DNA of 63,842 bases, filler included. It is 4 parts of 4 records of this genome, joined end to end, with 100 filler letters (N's around TTAATTAATTAA, not from the genome) between each part and the next. Parts side by side here need not be neighbours in the genome. Positions count along the whole stretch, not along the records: positions 58,838 to 63,842 come from DRR723986_7867; 3 more parts are not named here. One strand, written 5' to 3'. Below the pieces are notes generated by a model. The model was not told where the DNA came from and did no database searches. It saw only the letters and a program-made list of their open reading frames with translations. Position numbers and translations under genes: made by a program. The stretch's first letter is position 1, and every line of letters starts with the position of its first letter. Positions 59,597 through 63,842 of this stretch are shown here, piece by piece.

Positions 59597-60193
59597 ATGA
59601 GCAGACTCCTTCGCGCCATGATGATCCTTTTGCTGGCCGGCTCCTGCGGGGGCGGTGGCGGAGGCTCTGGCACGTCACCGGACAATCTCGACGACGCCTG
59701 TTCCATCCTGCAGCAACGGCCCGGCTACTACCGCGCCTTTCGCGGGACCGAGCGGAAGTGGGGGGTGCCGGTGCATGTGCAGATGGCCACGATCTATCAG
59801 GAAAGCAAGTTCGACAGCGACGCCCGCACGCCCCTGCGCTTCGCGCTGGGTGTGATACCGCAAGGGCGGCAAAGCTCGGCCTTCGGCTACAGCCAGGCCC
59901 TCGACGGGACGTGGAAGGAATACCTTGCGTCCGAGGGGAACCGCCGGGCCCGCCGGGACGATATCCGCGATGCCACCGACTTCATGGGCTGGTACATGGC
60001 GCAGTCGAACCGTGAACTCGGCATTCCGATGGCGGATGCGCGCAACCACTACCTCGCCTATCACGAGGGGCGCACCGGGTTCCGGCGCGGCAGCTACAAC
60101 TCCAAGGCATGGCTCCTGCGGGTCTCTTCCGAAGTGGGCAACCGTGCGCTGGTCTACGAGCAGCAGCTGAAGAACTGCCGGCACGCGCGCTAG
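59597..60193 (+). CDS. Lytic transglycosylase-like lipoprotein
   Basis: Lipobox AGSC; IYQESKF, SSAFGYSQALDGTW, YLAYHEG. Confidence 0.85.
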   Translation: MSRLLRAMMILLLAGSCGGGGGGSGTSPDNLDDACSILQQRPGYYRAFRGTERKWGVPVHVQMATIYQESKFDSDARTPLRFALGVIPQGRQSSAFGYSQALDGTWKEYLASEGNRRARRDDIRDATDFMGWYMAQSNRELGIPMADARNHYLAYHEGRTGFRRGSYNSKAWLLRVSSEVGNRALVYEQQLKNCRHAR

Positions 60194-60344
60194 GCGGGGT
60201 CGCCCGGTCGCGAACCGGGCGGGCCGCCAGCCTGCGCGGGCCTGCACGGGCCTTCCACGCATCGCGGAGCGGGCCGGGCCTGATGTGGCCCATGGAGGGC
60301 GGCGGGCCCTTTCCCTGCGCTGGGTCGTCCACTATCGTAGCACG

Positions 60345-60905
60345 ATGAGTGACGATCTTGACAACCGCATCGGCGACAGCATCCGGGCAGAACGCGAAAA
60401 GCGGGGGTGGTCCCTGACCGATCTCGCGCAGCGCGCGGCGGTGTCCCGCGCGATGATCCACAAGATAGAGCGCGGCGACAGCAGCCCCACCGCCCACCTT
60501 CTGGGCAAGCTTTCCGGGGCCTTCGGGCTGAGCATGTCCGCCCTGCTCGCCCGGGCCGAGGCGGGTGGCGGCCGCCTGACCCGCCGCGCGGAGCAGCCGC
60601 TCTGGACCGACCCCGAGACCGGCTATCTGCGGCGTCAGGTCTCGCACGGGACGGGACTGCCGCTCGATCTGGTGGAGGTGACGCTCCCCCCCGGCGAGGA
60701 GGTGGCGATGCCCGCCTCGGCCTATGCCTTCATCCGGCAGATGATCTGGGTGATCCGCGGGGTTCTGGATTTCGACGAGGGCGGCACGGCCCATCGGCTG
60801 GAGGCGGGCGACTGCCTGCACCTCGGCCCGCCCTCGGACTGCATCTTCCGCAACGAAGGGCCCGAGGCCGTGACCTATCTGGTGGTGGTTCTGCGCAACA
60901 CGTGA
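60345..60905 (+). CDS. XRE-family HTH + cupin regulator
   Basis: WSLTDLAQRAAVSRAMIHKIERGDSSPTA; WTDPETGYLRR; LEAGDCL. Confidence 0.9.
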   Translation: MSDDLDNRIGDSIRAEREKRGWSLTDLAQRAAVSRAMIHKIERGDSSPTAHLLGKLSGAFGLSMSALLARAEAGGGRLTRRAEQPLWTDPETGYLRRQVSHGTGLPLDLVEVTLPPGEEVAMPASAYAFIRQMIWVIRGVLDFDEGGTAHRLEAGDCLHLGPPSDCIFRNEGPEAVTYLVVVLRNT

Positions 60906-60918
60906 CCCCTTGACGGGC

Positions 60919-60957
60919 TGTCTAATTTAGTGGACATGGTGTCCACGATATCAGCAC
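60919..60957 (+). promoter_or_regulatory. Tandem operator-like sites upstream of the GNAT gene
   Basis: TGTCTAATTTAGTGGACA and TGTCCACGATATCAGCAC just after TTGACG; a related CGTCCACTATCGTAGCAC precedes the XRE gene. Confidence 0.5.
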
Positions 60958-60970
60958 GGAAAGCACCCCC

Positions 60971-61495
60971 ATGACGATCCGGGACGCCCGCGAAGACCAC
61001 CTGCCCGGCATTCTTGCGATCTACAATCACGCGGTCGAAAGCACGACTGCGGTCTGGAACGCCACGCCTGCGGACCTGTCGAACCGTCGTGCGTGGATGC
61101 AGGGCCGTCAGGCGGCGGGGCATCCCGTCCTAGTGGCCGAGGGGCCCGGCGGCGAGGTGCTGGGCTACGCCTCCTACGGCGACTGGCGAGCCTTCGACGG
61201 CTACCGCTTCACCGTCGAGCACTCCGTCTATGTGCGCCACGATACGCGCGGCGGCGGCCTTGGGCGCGCCCTCATGACCGCGCTGATCGACCAAGCCCGC
61301 GCCACCGGGAAGCACGCCATGGTGGGCGGGGTGGAGACCGGCAACACCGCCTCGCTGCGGCTGCATGAAGCCCTCGGCTTCACGCGCGCGGGCCAGTTCC
61401 CTCAGGTCGGGACGAAGTTCGGGCGCTGGCTGGACCTGACCTTCATGTTGCTGCTGCTGGACGATCGCGCCGCGCCCGGAGAGGGCACGCCATGA
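60971..61495 (+). CDS. GNAT N-acetyltransferase (phosphinothricin/methionine sulfoximine type)
   Basis: IYNHAV..TTA, YRFTVEHSVYV, GGGLGR, SLRLHEALGF, VGTKFGRWLD. Confidence 0.9.
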   Translation: MTIRDAREDHLPGILAIYNHAVESTTAVWNATPADLSNRRAWMQGRQAAGHPVLVAEGPGGEVLGYASYGDWRAFDGYRFTVEHSVYVRHDTRGGGLGRALMTALIDQARATGKHAMVGGVETGNTASLRLHEALGFTRAGQFPQVGTKFGRWLDLTFMLLLLDDRAAPGEGTP

Positions 61496-61935
61496 CCGCG
61501 CCGATGGTGGCCGCCCTGCTGATCTCGGCCGGAGCGGCCCTCGTCGCGCAGAACCTTCTCATGTCGCGGATCGTCGGAAGCCTGTCGTCGGGCCTGATGG
61601 CGCTGGTGCTGAACTCTGCCGTGGGGCTGGTCGTTCTGGGGGCGCTGCTGCTAGCCCGGACGGGCACCGAAGGCCTGCGGGACATGGCCTCGGGCTTTCG
61701 GCCATGGTTTCTGATCCCCGGACTTCTCGGATCGTACTTCGTCTTTGCCAGCGTGACCGGCTACCGCACCCTCGGCGCGGCGCCGACCGTTGCGCTTCTC
61801 GTCGCCAGCCAAGTCCTGCTGGGGCTGGCATGGGATCTGACGCGAGCCCCCGAGCTGACCCTTCAGGGGCTCGGGGTGCAGGCGGTCGGCGCGGCGCTGC
61901 TGGTGGCGGGCGCCGCGATCCTCGTCGCGCGCTAG
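61492..61935 (+). CDS. DMT-family small membrane transporter
   Basis: Several TM helices, PWFLIPGLLGS, LLVASQ; overlaps the GNAT stop. Confidence 0.75.
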   Translation: MTAPMVAALLISAGAALVAQNLLMSRIVGSLSSGLMALVLNSAVGLVVLGALLLARTGTEGLRDMASGFRPWFLIPGLLGSYFVFASVTGYRTLGAAPTVALLVASQVLLGLAWDLTRAPELTLQGLGVQAVGAALLVAGAAILVAR

Positions 61936-61936
61936 A

Positions 61937-62530
61937 TCAGTTCTTCAGCTTCGCCAGCTCGGGATCGATGTAGAACATCCGGTTCGGCAGGTCCTTCTTC
62001 TGCAGCCCGCCAAGGACGACCGTCGTCTGGTTCCCGTCGCCATCGGTGATCACCCATTGCCGCAACTCGACCGGGTTGCCGGTGAACTTCAACTGGATGG
62101 AGCCGTATTCCGGCCGCTTGGGATCCTGCGCCGTGACCACCGTCGCGGTGCCGTCGTAGCTGTGCGCGGTGACCATCCCGGCCCGCGTCAGATCGACGTT
62201 GCGGTCGAGGATGATCGACAGCGGCGTCTGGTTCAGCGGGTAGGTGTCGGCGCTTGCCCCCAGCTTGCGGTCGAGGATGTAGACCGCCCCGGCGGAGGCC
62301 AGCACCAGCGCGCGCTCGGGCGGGTTGTAGTCGAACCGCACCTTGCCGGGCCGCTTGATGGAGATCTCGCCGGTCGAGATCGTGCCGTCTCCGTTGATCT
62401 GGGTAAAGGTCCCGGCCGCGGACTGGATGGTGTTGAGGTATTTCGAGATTTCCCCCAGCGACAGTTGCTGCGCCTGCGCGGGAAGCGCGAGGAGGGTCAG
62501 TGCCAGGGCGGCGAGGGTCTTGCGGATCAT
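61937..62530 (-). CDS. lolA: Outer-membrane lipoprotein carrier LolA
   Basis: Signal peptide; FTQ, IKRPGKVRFDY, YPLNQTPL; downstream of ftsK. Confidence 0.87.
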   Translation of the reverse strand: MIRKTLAALALTLLALPAQAQQLSLGEISKYLNTIQSAAGTFTQINGDGTISTGEISIKRPGKVRFDYNPPERALVLASAGAVYILDRKLGASADTYPLNQTPLSIILDRNVDLTRAGMVTAHSYDGTATVVTAQDPKRPEYGSIQLKFTGNPVELRQWVITDGDGNQTTVVLGGLQKKDLPNRMFYIDPELAKLKN

Positions 62531-63427
62531 GACGGTCCTTCCTGATCTTGTCTTCGCCATCGTGCCATGGCGGCGGCGGTTATGCGATATCGGCCGGCTT
62601 CCAACCCATATCGGCGGCCAAGGCACGCCGATCAAGAGAGGAAAGGTCGCCCGGTCCCACACCTCGGGTCACGAGAGCGTCACGAACCGCCGTGTCGGGG
62701 CCCAAACGCGCGGCGCGGCCAAGCGTTCCCTCACGGGGGCAGATCAAGTGTCCGGCGGGCTGTCTTGGGCTGTGGCCGCCAGTGGTGTCCGGGCGGCGTG
62801 GGCCTGTACCGCAGGCTCCTGTCGGAGCGAGATATCCGACAAAACAAGTCAACTATATGAAATTGAACGTTTTTCCTTGCACACGGGGGAAAGCGGGCCT
62901 ATCTCTGCTTCACCGGATGAAGCCAGCCAGCCTTTCGCAAGCCAGCCCGATCCGCGCTCCCTCGCCAGCAAGCCAGCCCGACGCCAGCTTCTCGCCAGCC
63001 CAACTTCGCCAGCCGCCGCCAGCCATTTCCGACAAGGCCCCCTGTCCAAGGCGCCATCCGCGCCCGGTTTGGGCAAGGATATGCCGACACGGTCGCACGG
63101 CCCTGCGGACTCGCCTTCGGGATTGTGGAAACAGGGCGCCTTCCCCCTGAGCTTTTCAGCGCCTCGAAGGTCGCCCCGCTCCGAACCGCAGGGAACCGCT
63201 CCGCCGTCCCCGCCATGGCCCGCGCCCGTCCGGGACCGCAGCGCATTCGCTGCCCGCCCCACCGGATACCTCCTGAGATGAAACGACAGGCCCGCGTGCC
63301 GGGCGTGCGCGGCCCCGGAAAAGGCGCCTGCGGCATGGCCGGGGCCTCCTGCCCGCCGCCGAACGGACCCCTGCGTGTTCCGCGAGGGGCCGGGGGCGCG
63401 CTGCCGGGCGCGCCCGGTCCTTCTGCG

Positions 63428-63842
63428 TTACTGCTGCTCCGGCACGAGGATCTCGCGCTTGCCGACGTGGTTGGCGGCAGAGACGACGCCCTCGTCCTCC
63501 ATCTGCTCCACGAGGCGCGCGGCCTTGTTGTAGCCGATGCCCAGCTTGCGCTGGATGTAGGAGGTGGAGCACTTGCGATCCTGAATGACGATCTGCACCG
63601 CCTGATCGTAGAGCGCATCCTCGCCGCCGGTGTTGCCGCCGGTGTTCAGGCCCAGCACCGCGTCGATGTTGTCCGCCTTCTCCTCGTCCGGCCCCTGCAC
63701 CACGCCAGAGACGTAATCCGGCGGTCCGAACATCTTGAGATGGTTGACGATGTCCTCGACCTCTTCGTCCGAGACGAAAGGCCCGTGGCAGCGCATGATC
63801 TTGGACCCGCCCGCCATGTAGAGCATGTCGCCCATGCCCAGA
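63428..63842 (-). CDS. ftsK: DNA translocase FtsK, C-terminal part
   Basis: LGMGDMLY, HGPFVSDEEV, gamma domain STSYIQRKLGIGYNKAARLVEQME. Confidence 0.95.
   Translation of the reverse strand, partial: LGMGDMLYMAGGSKIMRCHGPFVSDEEVEDIVNHLKMFGPPDYVSGVVQGPDEEKADNIDAVLGLNTGGNTGGEDALYDQAVQIVIQDRKCSTSYIQRKLGIGYNKAARLVEQMEDEGVVSAANHVGKREILVPEQQ

Noticed and set aside
62922-63023. GCTGGC repeats as Chi or KOPS sites
   Set aside because: They do not match E. coli Chi (GCTGGTGG) or KOPS (GGGNAGGG); proximity to ftsK is not evidence.
62343-63618. Long ORFs of 312, 200 and 239 aa in the ftsK-lolA region
   Set aside because: Pro/Arg/Ala/Ser-rich translations typical of non-coding frames in high-GC DNA, overlapping real genes, with no motifs.

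Overview
This window is not one genome region. It is four unrelated contigs joined by 100-nt N spacers containing TTAATTAATTAA (29624-29723, 42537-42636, 58738-58837), so gene context must not be read across them. Contig A (1-29623) looks betaproteobacterial (Limnobacter-like, by inference). Its left part appears to be a genomic island ending at a damaged tRNA-Arg(CCG) 3' fragment (20496-20531). The island carries an alkane-oxidation cluster: AraC regulator, ferredoxin, CYP153, ferredoxin reductase, a ferredoxin-reductase-AlkB triple fusion and an AlkJ-like GMC dehydrogenase. It also carries a TetR/thioesterase/hydrolase unit, IS21 and IS256 remnants, and an att-proximal module of DUF3800 with a candidate 3' structured RNA, a 1811-aa protein with two tyrosine-recombinase motif sets, and a 307-aa orphan. 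Accessory genes and a cobalamin riboswitch-btuB-cobU-btuF-btuC operon follow. Contig B (29724-42536, Roseobacter-group) has a DUF427-adenylate cyclase, a CofD-like gene and a flagellar cluster (DUF1217, flbT, flaF, fliC, flgN, flgJ-like, fliK, flgD). Contig C (42637-58737, gammaproteobacterial, Halieaceae-like by inference) has leuS-lptE-holA and an imuA / imuB / dnaE2 mutasome split into three units, each with its own LexA box. Contig D (58838-63842, high-GC Rhodobacteraceae) has hspQ, a transglycosylase, XRE-GNAT-DMT, lolA and ftsK. The best candidate for an undescribed system is the att-DUF3800/RNA-giant dual recombinase-orphan module (about 12945-20531). No CRISPR array, rRNA or intact tRNA was seen. 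All calls come from reading motifs; no database search was run.
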